From Podospora anserina (Eukaryota), in assembly GCA_017654855.1 (NCBI GenBank), contig CM030337.1, forward strand, positions 4,278,001-4,341,106: a DNA stretch of 63,106 bases, in the 5' to 3' direction. Below, piece by piece: positions 13,601-26,933 of the stretch. The notes below the pieces were generated by a model that did no database searches, was not told where the DNA came from, and worked only from the letters and a program-made list of their open reading frames with translations. Made by a program: the position numbers and the translations under genes. Numbering within the stretch: position 1 is the stretch's first letter; each line of letters starts with the position of its first letter.

Positions 13601-14331
13601 TGTTGATGATGGCTGTGTCGTACTTGCTCAAGGGTGCGGGCTCTAAGATGAGAGAGGAAGACCTTCAGCACCGCTGTCTCTCTTCAAGGTCAGTGACGAT
13701 GGAGGAACGGGCCAATGGGCAGCCAGGCAATTGCTCAACGGGCCCGGCTGCAGGGGATCCCAGTCGCTCCAGGAGGTGATGTCATGGCACCCCACGCCGC
13801 AATCGACCGATGCTGTGTTGACTGACTACCAAGGTATCGTCAAATGGTAGGGGAAAATAGCATAGGATAACTGTTGTGGATTGACACATACACAAGACCT
13901 GCAGATGAGGAGCTGTCAATGTCAATGTCAGTTGCATATCTGCCAGATCCTCGGGCATCTGGGCAGTGATCAGGATGGTGTTGCTGCCCGCAGTGCGTTT
14001 ACCCCGCATCCAGACAATTTTGTGTTAAGAGCCCCACCATACCTTATGGAAACGTTCTGGAAGCTCAACCTCCAAGCTCCAAAGAAGAGACCCCACCTCA
14101 GCTTTCATCACAAGGGCCTCTTCGGCCTCCTCTCATTGTCTCTGTTGACCACCACCTCGCCTAATCCGCGTCGCCGGGACTTTGGAGTTCCACCATGGAA
14201 AACCGCGCTGCTCAGCCGCGTCACAACACCGTCGGACAACACGGGCAGCCAGTCTCACGCGCGCGACCATCCAATCGGGCACTCGGTTTTTGAACAAGTT
14301 TATTGGCAGACGGCATCCATTGTATCGTACT

Positions 14332-15180
14332 CTAAAAGACAACAGTCCGGGTGCCGTTCAAAAACACCCTCCTCTCGGCATACCACTTGACGGCGGCCGC
14401 AAGCACTTGGCTCTCTACGTTGGATCCCTCGTCCACCAGCGCCTTGGGGCTCAGGCTGTGGTCCACGCGGGCAACGCGCTGCTCAATGATGGGCCCCTCG
14501 TCAAGGTCGGCCGTGACAAAGTGCGCCGTGGCACCGATAATCTTGACACCGCGGTCGTAGGCCTGGTGGTAGGGCTTGGCGCCCTTGAAGCTGGGCAAGA
14601 AGCTGTGGTGGATGTTGATGATCTTGCCGCTCATGGCCTCGCACAGCGTCGGGCTCAGCACCTGCATGTAGCGCGCCAGCACCACAAGCTCGACATTGTG
14701 CTCTTTGATGAGTTCCAGGATCTGGCCCTCCTGCGCCGCCTTGGTGTCCTTGGTGACGGGGAGGTGGCGGAATTCGATGCCGTAGCTGGCGGCGAGCGGC
14801 GCAAAGTCTGGGTGGTTGGACACGATGAGGGGGATTTCGATGGGAAGCTGGCCCGTCTTGGCGCGGAAGAGGAGGTCGTTGAGGCAGTGGCCGATCTTGG
14901 ACACCATGATGAGGACCTTTGGCTTTTGTGCCACGGGCCGGATGTCGTACGTCATGTCATACTCGCCGGCCAGCTTCTCAAAGTGCGGGCGCAAGAACTC
15001 GGGCGACTCGGTCGGTGTTGGGCCAAAGTGCACACGCATGAAGAATTTTTCTGTGACGGGATCCGAAAACTGCTGCAGGTCGATGATGTTGACCTTTTCG
15101 CCGGCGAACACGCCCGTCACGGCGTGAACGATGCCCGGCTTGTCAGGGCACGACAGCGTCAGGAAGTGGTCGTTGGCCAT
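14332..15180 (-). CDS. purU: Formyltetrahydrofolate deformylase
   Basis: N-terminal ACT domain (LSCPDKPGIVHAV), LARYMQVLS, INIHHSFLPSFKGAKPYHQAYDRGVKIIGATAHFVTADLDEGPIIEQ; intronless. Confidence 0.96.
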   Translation of the reverse strand: MANDHFLTLSCPDKPGIVHAVTGVFAGEKVNIIDLQQFSDPVTEKFFMRVHFGPTPTESPEFLRPHFEKLAGEYDMTYDIRPVAQKPKVLIMVSKIGHCLNDLLFRAKTGQLPIEIPLIVSNHPDFAPLAASYGIEFRHLPVTKDTKAAQEGQILELIKEHNVELVVLARYMQVLSPTLCEAMSGKIINIHHSFLPSFKGAKPYHQAYDRGVKIIGATAHFVTADLDEGPIIEQRVARVDHSLSPKALVDEGSNVESQVLAAAVKWYAERRVFLNGTRTVVF

Positions 15181-15587
15181 TGTTGAAATGCGTGCTGGGT
15201 GGGTGATCACTGGGTGAGTGAGTCCAGACGAGGTCGTTCAGTGTTTTTGCCTCCTCAGTTTGAGGAATGACTCAACTAACGCACTTCGGAGCTGCCCGTT
15301 GGAGATGTGTCCACTGTGGAGTTTGGAGTGTGCACGCTAGGGTTAGGGTACCTGCATTTCGCTTGGCAGCCCCTGAGAGGCACGAGATCTCGGAGCGACG
15401 ACTTGACGTGTTGCAGTGCGGGAATGATATTGGTTTTGGCATACCGGTGTGTCACAGTCTGGACAACATGGACATCTGGTCTTTTCTGAGCTCATGCCCC
15501 GGCCAGGGTGCTCTTTTGACGACAGCAGATCCATATCATGAGCAGGAAATCTTGACCGCCTGGTTCACGTTTCAAAAGACTGTCGAC

Positions 15588-17290
15588 ATGGCGAGCTTGT
15601 TTGGTCTCTTGCTGCTTCTGTCAGCGGCTCTTCCTTGCTCCTTTGCTGTTTCTCAGTGGAATGAGGAAGTCGTGAACGGCATCCCTTACCGTACCTTTTA
15701 CCACGCGGACACCAACAGCAAGCTTTCGATAGTCAGTAACTCTGGTATCTGCGAGACAACCCCCAATGTGAATCAACTCAGCGGATACATTCGCATCAGC
15801 GAGGACATCAACCTCTTCTTTTGGTTCTTTGAGTCTCGCAACAGCCCTGCAACCGCCCCTTTGGCTCTGTGGCTCAACGGTGGCCCAGGATGCAGCTCGA
15901 TGCTTGGTCTCTTTGTCGAACATGGGCCTTGTCGTTTTCCTGATGGATCGCCAGCGGGATCTGACCCAGTGTTGAATGAAGAGAGCTGGAACAGCTACGC
16001 CAACATGCTCTACCTTGATCAGCCCGTTGGTGTGGGCTTCAGGTTTGTTGGTCTGTCTCAACGCGCAGGGAACCCGGTTAACAGACGAAAGCTATGGGGT
16101 AGGCCAAGTCAACGCCACCACCCAGGGCTCAATCTATGTGTGGACATTTCTGCAGGCCTTTCTTGCTGCCAAGCCTGAGCTAGCCAAGTCACAGTTTGGC
16201 CTCTTCACTGAGAGCTATGGCGGTCGGTATCCTCTTGCGGTGCACAATACTTCGCGTAGGCTGATAGCGTTCAGGACATTACGGGCCGGACATCGTCCGC
16301 TTTATCCAGCAGCAAAACAAGGTCGTAGACCAAAACGTTTCCAACGCAGTCAAGATCGACATTATCGCCTTGGGAATCAACAATGGCTGGGTCGACCCCA
16401 AGCTCCAGTTTCCTGCGTACCTCGATTTTGGACTCACCAACAACTACAGGCAACTTGTGAATCAGTCGCAGTATTCAACTGGAATCACTCTATACCAACA
16501 ACGATGCGTTCCGGCATTGCAAAACTGCACCGTGACCGCAGGGACAGCGGAAGATTGCAACCATGCCCACAACACCTGTTACGATGCGTTGGGTCTCTTT
16601 ACCGTGGAGCTCCAGCGATTCGACCTGTACGACGTCAGAAGGGTCGACACATGGACTGGGATCCCAGGAACAGATATGTACCATGAGTATCTGGCGAGGT
16701 CTGACGTGAAGGATGCCATTGGCGCTCAGCGCGACTATACCGAGTGTTCCGACGTCGCCTGGGGGCTGTTTGACAGTACCGGAGACCGTGAGTTGTTTTC
16801 TGGGCGACTGGGCTACGCCGCGCTGACAGCGATACAGCATCGAGATCCTTCCTCGGTGAGCTGAGCGAGGTTGTCCAGTCAGGTGTGAGAGTGCTGTTGT
16901 GGGCCGGGGATGCCGGTGTGTTTGTTCCTGGCCTGGTTTCCTTATCTGTCAATGAAGCTGACATGCATGCCTGGCGCAGACTATCTTTGCAACTGGATGG
17001 GCAATCTTGCTGTTGCGAACGCGATTGACTATTCTGGGCAGCTTGACTTTGTCAAGAGAGGCATGAGCGCCTATCAAGTCAACGGAACATCTTTCGGCGA
17101 GTTCAAGACGGTCGAGAACTTGAGCTGGCTTCGAGTGTATAGTGCGGGGCATCTTGTGTGAGTTTTTAGTTTCTGGTCCATCATACTCTGGCCGCTGACA
17201 CTTGGCCGTCTTAGATCCTCGGATCAACCCCGAGCCGCACTGCAGGCATTCCGCCAGACCATGGAAAACAGACCACTGGAAGCAACTTGA
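15588..17290 (+). CDS. Secreted serine carboxypeptidase (peptidase S10)
   Basis: Signal peptide; WLNGGPGCSS, DQPVGVGFSY (intron 16043-16091), ESYGGHY (intron ~16223-16274), WAGDADYLCNW and SAGHLV motifs; five GT-AG introns. Confidence 0.93.
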
Positions 17291-17606
17291 GTCGATGTAC
17301 AAGTTGGGTGCTTTTGCCCTGTTTGGATTTGAGTTGCTGGGAGTTTCGAAAGGGGAATGTCTGCTGGATAGAGAAGGATCAGCTTTTGGCAAATTGAACC
17401 GAGTGTCCACTGTCGCAATCATGCCGATATATGCATGCAAGTGTATTTGTCACAGGCTAGCGTTTTTGGCTGCTTGGCCCTGAGGATGCTGACAGCCTAG
17501 ACATATTCAGGTAACGGTTGGCCATATATGAAAGCTCCAGATTCCAGTTCTCACAGGCTGGTCACCGCCACGGTCCTCGCACAGGTTTCCATTTTTCTGA
17601 AACAAT

Positions 17607-19520
17607 ATGCGGGTGGCAGTCATCGGTGCCGGGCCTTCGGGTCTAGTGACACTAAAGTATCTGCTCTCAGCTTGTGACTCTCTGGGTTCTGACCCTGTCG
17701 AACCGATCTTGTTCGAGTCCGAGTCATTGATGGGGGGGACGTTTGTTCATCGCACATATGAGGATGGAGAGGTATGTTTGCGGGATGCTTTGATCACTCA
17801 CCGGCTCACCAAGTGTACTGTAGCTTGTATCTTCGAAACAGCTTACGACATTTTCCGACTTTAGGCCTCAGGACTCTGACCCGGACTTCCATTCGACTGA
17901 CCGTTATGTCGAGTACCTCAACGATTACTGCACACACTTTGGGCTTTGGGAGCACATCAAACTTTCGATTACCGTTGTCTCGATCCGCAAAAATGGGAAC
18001 AGGCGCCATATCATTACTTATCGGCAGCAAGACGGTCCACAGACTGCAGAACACGAATGCGATGCCGTGGCCATTTGTACCGGACTCCACGTTACTCCGA
18101 ATATCCCCAACCATCAACGGCGTGGACCGAGTATCAAAAGTCTTTCACTCGTCCGAGTTCAAGAATAGGAGCCAGTTTGGAGTGGGGAAAACGGTGCTTA
18201 TCTTGGGTAGTGGCGAAACGGCCATGGATCTGGGATACCTCGCCATGCACAGCCCCATCAAAAGAGGCTTGATGAGCCACCGCGATGGATTTTTGTGCGC
18301 GCCCAAGAGAGTTCCTGATCCTGTCATTTTGCCCATTCTTGGTAACAAGCCTGACCCGAACAGACTCAACGTGCCGGTCGACAGCGGCAGTGCTAGTCTT
18401 TTTGATACGGCCTACGTCCACCGCCGTATGAGAGACCAAATGTTGCTGTGGCATTACTATGATATCTTTATCCAATCGACCCTTTGGTTGGTTGGCGGCT
18501 CCAAGTATGGAATGGCACAGTGGATAGGGGGGATATCGGATGAGCGGTATCACGCCAGTAAAAGTCTGTGTGTTTTTCTTCCGTCCCGTTGCTCGGAAGC
18601 TGACATTTCTACTAGTTTTCTTCAACAAATCCAACAAGGCCATGCCATATCTATCAGCCCCATATCGCCAAGAGCGGGAATCGTCCATTGTCCAGAGAAT
18701 CAGGTCTTCCCTCATTCAGGTGCCAATAGCAGAGACTGGTGGTCGACACATTGACCTGGCACCCTGGCCTACCCACTTTGACGAACAAGGCATCGTTCAT
18801 TTTCGGAGCAACAACCGTCCCGAATTCCACCGCCTGAAGGGCCAAAGGATCAAGCCTGATGTGGTGATATTTGCAACAGGATACACACAGACTTTCCCTT
18901 TCTTCTCCGATGATCACCCTACGCCAGAAAGCCTTGATACACGATCCATCTGGAAGTCGACAGATCCTTCTGTTGCTTTTATTGGGTTTATCCGCCCATC
19001 CTTTGGCGCCATACCGCCGTTGTCCAAACTACAAGCTCAACTTTGGGTTGTCAACCTTTTGCGCCCTGGATTAGTACCAAGGCCCTTGAGCATCACGGAT
19101 GAGCCACATTACAAACTCAAAATGAACAACAGATCGCGAATCCAGTACGGAGTGGACCACGAGAGCTATGCATATCAGCTTGCACTTGACATGGGAGCTG
19201 CATCAGGATTCTCCCAAGTTTTATCGCGAGGATGGGCATATCAAACGTCAAAGGGCAGACGCAATGGCGGGTGGTACAAGTTGCCTCTAGTATGGGCTTT
19301 GGGAGCTAATTTCAACACCAAATTCCGGTTGACGGGCCTATGGAAGTGGAAAGGTGCAGAGCACGTGTTGGTGGAGGAGCTGTGGGCCACGGTTGAGCGA
19401 AGAGGAGGGTTCTTTGGCCATGTTACACTCTCTGGCTTGCCTATGGATGTCTTTGGGTGCATCAGCTTGGTGCTGTGGGTGTTGGAGCCTGTTATGAACA
19501 TATTGGGGATGCTAATGTGA
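17607..19520 (+). pseudogene. Flavin-containing monooxygenase (FMO), frameshifted as sequenced
   Basis: GAGPSG; ELVSSKQLTTFSDFR across intron 17772-17823; FHSSEFK, GSGETAMD and FATGY motifs. An extra C in CCCC at 18105-18108 breaks the frame between CTGLHVTPNIP and TINGVDRV. Confidence 0.8.
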
Positions 19521-19577
19521 GATCAGGCCCAAGTTGACAAAGACACAATGTATCCTAGCTCCTCTGACTGCACATCC

Positions 19578-21197
19578 CTAGCTGTCCCTCTTATCCACAA
19601 CAAAATCAAGCGAGGGCCCCCGGTACACAGAAACCCAATTCATCACAAAGGGAAACCCTTGGTTCCGGAGAGGCTCTGTAAGATCCAGCTTGAAGTTTGT
19701 CACCACGCCCGCGACAGCATGGTTGAGATTCAGATTGGCCAGCGTGTAACCAACACACATCATGTTGCCCATGCCAAAGGGTACCAAATACTTTTCCATG
19801 CCCCTTGAGCTTCCTCCGGGGAGCCATCTTTCCGGTTCGAACCTTTCCGGATCCGGAAAGATCTTTTCGTTGTGATGAACGTGATAATTGTCTGTCTCCA
19901 CAACCGTGCCGCCGGGGATGTCATATCCACATAATACAGCTCCCTGGGCTGGCGTGTCACGAGGCATGGCCCCAGGGATCGCATGTGCCAGCCGCAACGA
20001 CTCCTTCATAAAAGCAGAAAACTAGGGCAGAGCCTCCAGAGACGAGTTGGTGATGTCTGAGCCTTTGTCGGGGAAGGCTGCTTTCAGTTCTGAAAACAGC
20101 TTGTTTTGGACGGCAGGGTAGGCACCCAGAAAGTACGCAGTCCGGGTCAGCGACCAGAGTGTAGTGTGCAATGCTGCTCCCAGTATTGTGTACCCCTCGG
20201 CAATGACAGTGTTTGGGTCCAGGGAATCCAACAGCCTAGCGATGATTGATGACTCTTTGCTTCTTGGCTTTTCGGCAGGCCTCTTTTGCTCGTTCATAAT
20301 TTGAAACACTTCGACTGCTGTGGTGTTTCTGATGATGGCTTGTCCGGTGGCAGCAGGGATCAACTTTGTCATGATAGATTGAGGGACGACCTCGAGAATC
20401 GGCACGACGGGAGGAAAGTACTTGACTATTGTCCAGGACTGCGCGAGCATGTCGACTGAGCTCGTAAGGGGGGTGTGCCTCGAGCGTGTCAGTTTCCAAC
20501 AAGCTGATGCACGGTAAGCATAGGCAGGCTTTTGAACAACCCAGATCAAACAAACATACCCGTAGGATGTCTGACAGATGGCCTCTGCCGCGACATCAAC
20601 GACTAGCCCAGCCAGTGCATTCTTCATGTTCACCACACTGGAACCCCTTTCCAGGAACGATCTGATGTTCCCCACCATCATCTCCCGCTTGCCTTTTATC
20701 AAGCCCTCGTAGAGCTTGATCACCTCACCCTTGGCAAACATGGGTGCAATGAGCGAACGTCTTTTTCGGTGGAAATCCGGGTCCGTCGAACCAAAAAGCG
20801 CATTGGAGAGGCGGAAGGGAACGTAAAAGTATTTTGCTTTTGTAAACTTACTGCCGACCTTGTGAACATCTCGAAAGGCGTCGGGATCAGATATGTGCAA
20901 GGCATTTGGCCGGATGCGCACAACAGGGCCATATTTGGGGTGCAGAACAAATCGCTGGTGTTCAGGCCATGACAGTGGTGAGCGTGAAAAGAGGGCATGC
21001 CACGTTTCGTAAAGAGATGTTGCAGCTGCCAATTTTGGGCCCGGGAACGAAGAGAGAGGGTGGAAATAGATGCGCTGGATGATCAGAAGAATGCGGTGTA
21101 TAATGAGGACAGCAATTAAGGGGGTTATAAGAGAGTGCATTAGAAAAGGTGCAAAGACATGACCTTCAGGGGCCACTCCGATGGACGTAGCATTCAT
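19578..21197 (-). pseudogene. Cytochrome P450 pseudogene
   Basis: PLSSFPGPKLAAAT, KYGPVVRIRPN, KESLR (ExxR), FEPERW and FGMGNMMCVG heme motif. In-frame TAG at 20022-20024 (LEALP*FSAFMKESLR). Probable +1 frameshift in the G6 run at 20468-20473 after intron 20504-20559. Confidence 0.85.
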
Positions 21198-23084
21198 AAT
21201 CAGTATCAGTCGCGGGACTTGAAGATCAGGGAGCATGAAGCTCACAGGAGAGGATGAAGATGGCACCGATATAAATAGCAGCTACTGTGGGAAGGTGGAA
21301 TGAACCCACCGTTGAGTGGTTTGAATTGGGAGTTTTTGGGACATTAGATAGCAAGAAAATACAACCATCCTTCCCCCCTCGATTTGACTGTTTGATATAC
21401 CACAACTTCTGACACGAACCCACCGTACTGACGCACACTACCCACTCTGCCTACAATAGGTAACATGAAATCAACACAAAATTCCCGCAGTGCGTCTATT
21501 TGCGCCCAAGTTCATGACATCGCCCTTCGAAAAGATCCAGGCATATGCACAGAGACCCTTAGTATGATGGTGATATGTCACCCTGCAGAGTGCTATTGAA
21601 TGGCGCCTCGCATGAGAACCGGCAGTGGAGGTGGTAAGTGATGATAGGTAGGTAGGTATCATTCAGCTATTGTTTAGGACGTGACAGGCACCAAGCCCCG
21701 CTTGCACTTCTTTCTCACTGCAGCAGCAAAGGCTGCTCTTCTTTGTTGTCGAGATCTTTCACTGTTGCTTATCTATAGTGCGTTCAAGCTTCCCAGCCAA
21801 GCTTACCAGCAAGATCATCTATTTGCTCGCAATTCACTGTTCCACTCGGACTCTTTCCACCCAGCAACCTCACACGCCCTCGTCATGGTCATGGGACTTT
21901 TCTTCCAATCGACAACGCTCGAAATCAACCCCCGCCCCTAGTTATGATACCTAATGATAACTGCTTAGGTGCCTTGTATTTGGGGCGCCATCCCGTTAGT
22001 CTTTTGTCTTTTATTGGTGGTATACCTACATGTACGGGAAACAATATTGATTCTTGTCCATACCTTACCAAGTCTAGCGTGCAACTTCTCCTCCATTGCA
22101 ACCCCAGCTGTAGCAGATCTCTGTCAGCTTTCATCATCCACCGCTCGCTCTATCACTTCATTTCCACAACTGGAACCACCTGCATCAAGCCTCTTTCTCC
22201 AAGCCCTCTTCGAGTTGTTTGAGCACCCTGCCTCCATCAAGTCTGCACCCCCCAAGTCTGCCTTCATGTTCATGCTTAGCTCGTCCGATTCCATATCTTC
22301 TGATTCTGCATCCTTTACGCTGCCCTCATCCAAGACCCCCTCTAGGGGGTTCTCCTTGACCGCGTCCTCCCTTGGCCTACCTACCTCTTTCAAGCCGACC
22401 CCTCATAGGTCTACCTCGACCGAGTCATGATTTTGACCTCCTTCGGACAAGCCTCACCCCAGTCGAATCCGCCTGGTTTGATCGCTATTTCTTAGAGCAT
22501 GGCTTTTTTCTTGCCTTTCTATCTCCATTCCTTCCGTCGCTCCTAGTTCTGCGATGCCGCCCCCCTCTACAAGAGCTTCTCCCTTAGTCAATGCTGGAGC
22601 TCTGTTCTTCTCTCAATCGGTTTCTGCTTCCACCATTTGATCGACCGGTCAAAGGTCGTCAATCAAGCAAATGGTGCCTTCATCAGTCGAGCAGGTGCCG
22701 ATTAGACCTTTTATTGCTTTGGCACAGCAAAAGTCACTTCCAACCGAAGATAGCAGGGACACCATCATACAGTAAACCAGGTGCAGGCGGCTGTGAAACT
22801 TCAAGCTGATTAATCCCCCAGCAACCATGTTGAATGGATGGCTGGTACCAACTGCCGAAGGTCAGATTTACCCACCACTCCAACCAAACCTCGAACGTTT
22901 CATTTCCCCGTCTCGAGTTTCGTTTTAATATACGATAGAATATTTCCAGGTCCCAATGGAGCAGGACAACGGAGCCAGCAGAGCTGCTTTCAGTTGGAGC
23001 TCTCGATATATCTTTCAATTATCCATCCCCCCACCAGGTCAAATCACCCACTCCACGGCTCACCATGCCAAAAAAAATCCCACA

Positions 23085-23948
23085 ATGCGATCCCTGTTCC
23101 TATTCCCCATCATCTGGCATCTTGCTCTGGCAGCCAGCGTTCGAAGCATTTTTCTGTTCAAAGATGTCATGAAATCTAATACAACAGCCCTCAAGACGTC
23201 GGGCTTTAATACTCTCATCATGTTTGGCGTGGGCATTTTGAGCAATGGCGACATCATGTATTATTCCAACACGCCTGGAAGTCAAGATGTGCGAGTTGCT
23301 TCTGGCGGGGTCTATGTTGGGGGTGATGCTCTGGCCCAAAAGGTGCGCTCGCTGAAAACGGGGGAAACCGGCGCCACGAGGCTGGAGATTTCGATGAACG
23401 CCCAGAATGTGAGAAACCTCATAATGACACCAGGCCCAGGGCCAGAGACGCCTTTGTTTCGCAACTTTCAGGCCTTGAAGGAAGCTTGGATGCTTGATGC
23501 CGTCAACAATGACGACGAATCCATTTATGATCTCAACAGTTCGGTTGCCTTTGGAAGAATGCTGGGTCAGATCGGATACAAATACACCATCGCGCCATAT
23601 ACGAACGCCCAGTTCTGGCTCAACGTGAAGAATCAACTTAATCAGGGGCTCAAGGAACAAGACTGGCTGCTTGATCGGGTGTATCTACAATGCTACGACG
23701 GCGGGGCATACAATAACCCTCCTGGATGGCAAACATTTTTGGGTATGAAGGTTGTTCCTCTGATCTGGGTCATCAATGACGCCAAACCAGTTTACGGCGC
23801 CACTGTTGCTCAGGCGCGAACCCGACTTACCCAGTGGCATCAACAAAGTACCCTTGCCGGAGGAGGGTACTGGAACGACTACGATATCGAAAAGATGGGG
23901 TTGTCGTATCGGGATTATGGCAACGTACTGGCCAGCATATTTCCGTAG
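23085..23948 (+). CDS. Secreted GH18-like TIM-barrel protein (possible glycosidase or lectin)
   Basis: Signal peptide MRSLFLFPIIWHLALAAS; DAVNNDDE resembles the GH18 DxxDxDxE motif; YLQCYDGG and terminal GGGYWN motifs; intronless. Confidence 0.7.
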   Translation: MRSLFLFPIIWHLALAASVRSIFLFKDVMKSNTTALKTSGFNTLIMFGVGILSNGDIMYYSNTPGSQDVRVASGGVYVGGDALAQKVRSLKTGETGATRLEISMNAQNVRNLIMTPGPGPETPLFRNFQALKEAWMLDAVNNDDESIYDLNSSVAFGRMLGQIGYKYTIAPYTNAQFWLNVKNQLNQGLKEQDWLLDRVYLQCYDGGAYNNPPGWQTFLGMKVVPLIWVINDAKPVYGATVAQARTRLTQWHQQSTLAGGGYWNDYDIEKMGLSYRDYGNVLASIFP

Positions 23949-24061
23949 AGTCCAATTGAAAAACATGAGTTTGATTAACTTCATAACGCATCACATCATT
24001 CAGCCCAAGTTCTGATCCAGCCATGACCTGGAGCCTATCTCCCTCCCATCCCATAATCCCT

Positions 24062-24882
<821 letters not shown>

Positions 24883-26933
24883 GATGAAGAGATGGGACTG
24901 ATGGGAAGGTAGGTAGATGGAGGGATGCCTGCTGCTAGGGAGCGGGACAACAAGTCGACGGGTTCCTGGTCTTCTTATACATGATCATCTCCCGTACAAC
25001 ATGGCAGATGTGATCGAGGTACACTCCCATATCGCCTACACCACGACCTTGAGGCTACCACACTCGTTTCCTGGCGATGCTGTACCTTAACTTTCAGTCT
25101 TCGGAGGTATGTTCCACAATCGGAAGTTCCCACCATTCAGGGCGCGAAAGATGGCAGACAGGCATTCCCCGCATTTTCGTCGTAGTGTGGTGGAGAAGCC
25201 TCGTAGGTAAGATAGGTAGTCAGGTAGCATCGCCGAACTTGGCATCTTACCGAACGGCCCTTCTCGTTCAACAAACGTGGCCGCTGGTCATCATCTGCCA
25301 CTACTGTATCGGGCGTTGATCCCAAATCACCTCGATGCGCCGCCCCTTGCCCTCATGGACGGACCTTTATGTGAAGCATGACCAAGGTATAGAATCGAGA
25401 ATTTCTCCGTCTCGAGGTCGAGATCGCGGTCCATGCTAGCGAGGGACTCTGATCGCGATGCCCGATTCATTTGTCAAGACGGTGAACGGGACCGGAATGC
25501 GCTTTCAACTATCCGATGACACAAGTAAGCTTGCATCTGGGCAAGAGGAAATCCATGGTTCCTCAACCAACTTTCTACCCAGCCGCGGCCCAGTGTCTAA
25601 TGTACCAAGTAGCTCTGGGAGGCCGATCAGCGTGTTGATCTTTTGAAAATTGGAGGAATTTTCCATAAGCCAGGTCGATATTTGAAAGCGAGTTCCTGCA
25701 TTAACCCCTCCTTGCCGTCTCCGAGAGTAACACACCAACACGATCTCCCGCAGACTCTCATTCGTCTTCGGACCTCGCTGCACCACAAGACAGCCAGATA
25801 GGTACACCACTGTCAAGATACTGTTCATTACATCTATCTTTGCAGTCGTGTTACAACGTGTTGTGTGTTCGAGGGGGCGCAGACACCTTCCCAAATCCTG
25901 GCTATTTGCCGTGCTGTGGAGCCTTTTCTCTCTGAAAACCTGCAAAGACGGAGGGAGCTCTGGAGGGTAGCATTGAGCCATCGTTTCACCGGGTTACGTT
26001 TTCCTACTTGGAGCAAGATAGACCGCCGGCGCCAAATCGTGGGGTGCATGGTGTAATAGCACGCGAGCGTAGAATCTCGACAGCCGGAGATGGGCATGGC
26101 CGTCGAGCGTTACTCGTTCAGCTTCTCGTTGGAACCCTGGGGCGGACAAATGTCTATCTTTCTTTGAGCCTTCGAGAGACAACCATGCCGTGGGGCTGAC
26201 CAGTATGGCTTGAGAAATACCTACGAAGGGTGCCGAGGTGGCTTTCTATATGGGGGTACACTTCTCCTCAGCAGACCTGTTTTCTTTTCCACCCCATCTC
26301 TCAATACAAATCAACTCTTGCCAAACCGGCCAAGTACCACCATTACAACTGGAGCAACGACCCCCACCAACGGATGTATGTCTAAATTCAAGGGATCGGC
26401 CTACCAGTCATGGGCCAAAGCCGGGGAATAGAACGTGCGCAGTGTCTGGAGTGGTGCCAAGAGTCTAGTCGACGTGCATGGTAGTCTGTCTCTGTATGTA
26501 AAACCCCACCGCGATAGGTTGTACTCGCAAGCATTCCCGGCCCGAAAGCCTTTGGTGTTGTCGTGTACGGACAATCAGTTTTTAACCTGAGGTTTCAGGG
26601 TCAGTGGGGCTCACCATCTGAATACCTAATCCATTTCACTTTCAAGTCTTTTCCTCCGTGAAGAACTGTTGTCATTTGCTTATGGAATATCTAGAAGCCC
26701 TTCTTTAATGCCAGTTATTGTAGGCCATCATCGAGGGGTGATAACCAAGTCATGATGCTGCATGTGTGGGAGAGATGATTTGGCATGGATTTGGAGCAGA
26801 AAATCGGGATGTGTATTTTGATCGCTGATTGACAAGAGGCTATCATGCCGACGACTCATGCCACATCCAATCCAGAGTGACGAGGCAAAAGGGAAGCCGT
26901 CTCTCGAGTACCCAGTCAATTCAAGGCAGTGGT

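Noticed and set aside
14182-15186. 334-aa plus-strand ORF
   Set aside because: Antisense shadow of the GC3-rich purU gene; no motifs of its own.
21930-22730. Acidic/basic minus-strand ORF fragments, possibly a pseudogene
   Set aside because: Interrupted by stops, with no recognisable domain or splice structure.
25000-26500. Several 60-160 aa ORFs between the cutinase and TPR genes
   Set aside because: No motif, start context or consistent frame; cannot support a gene call.
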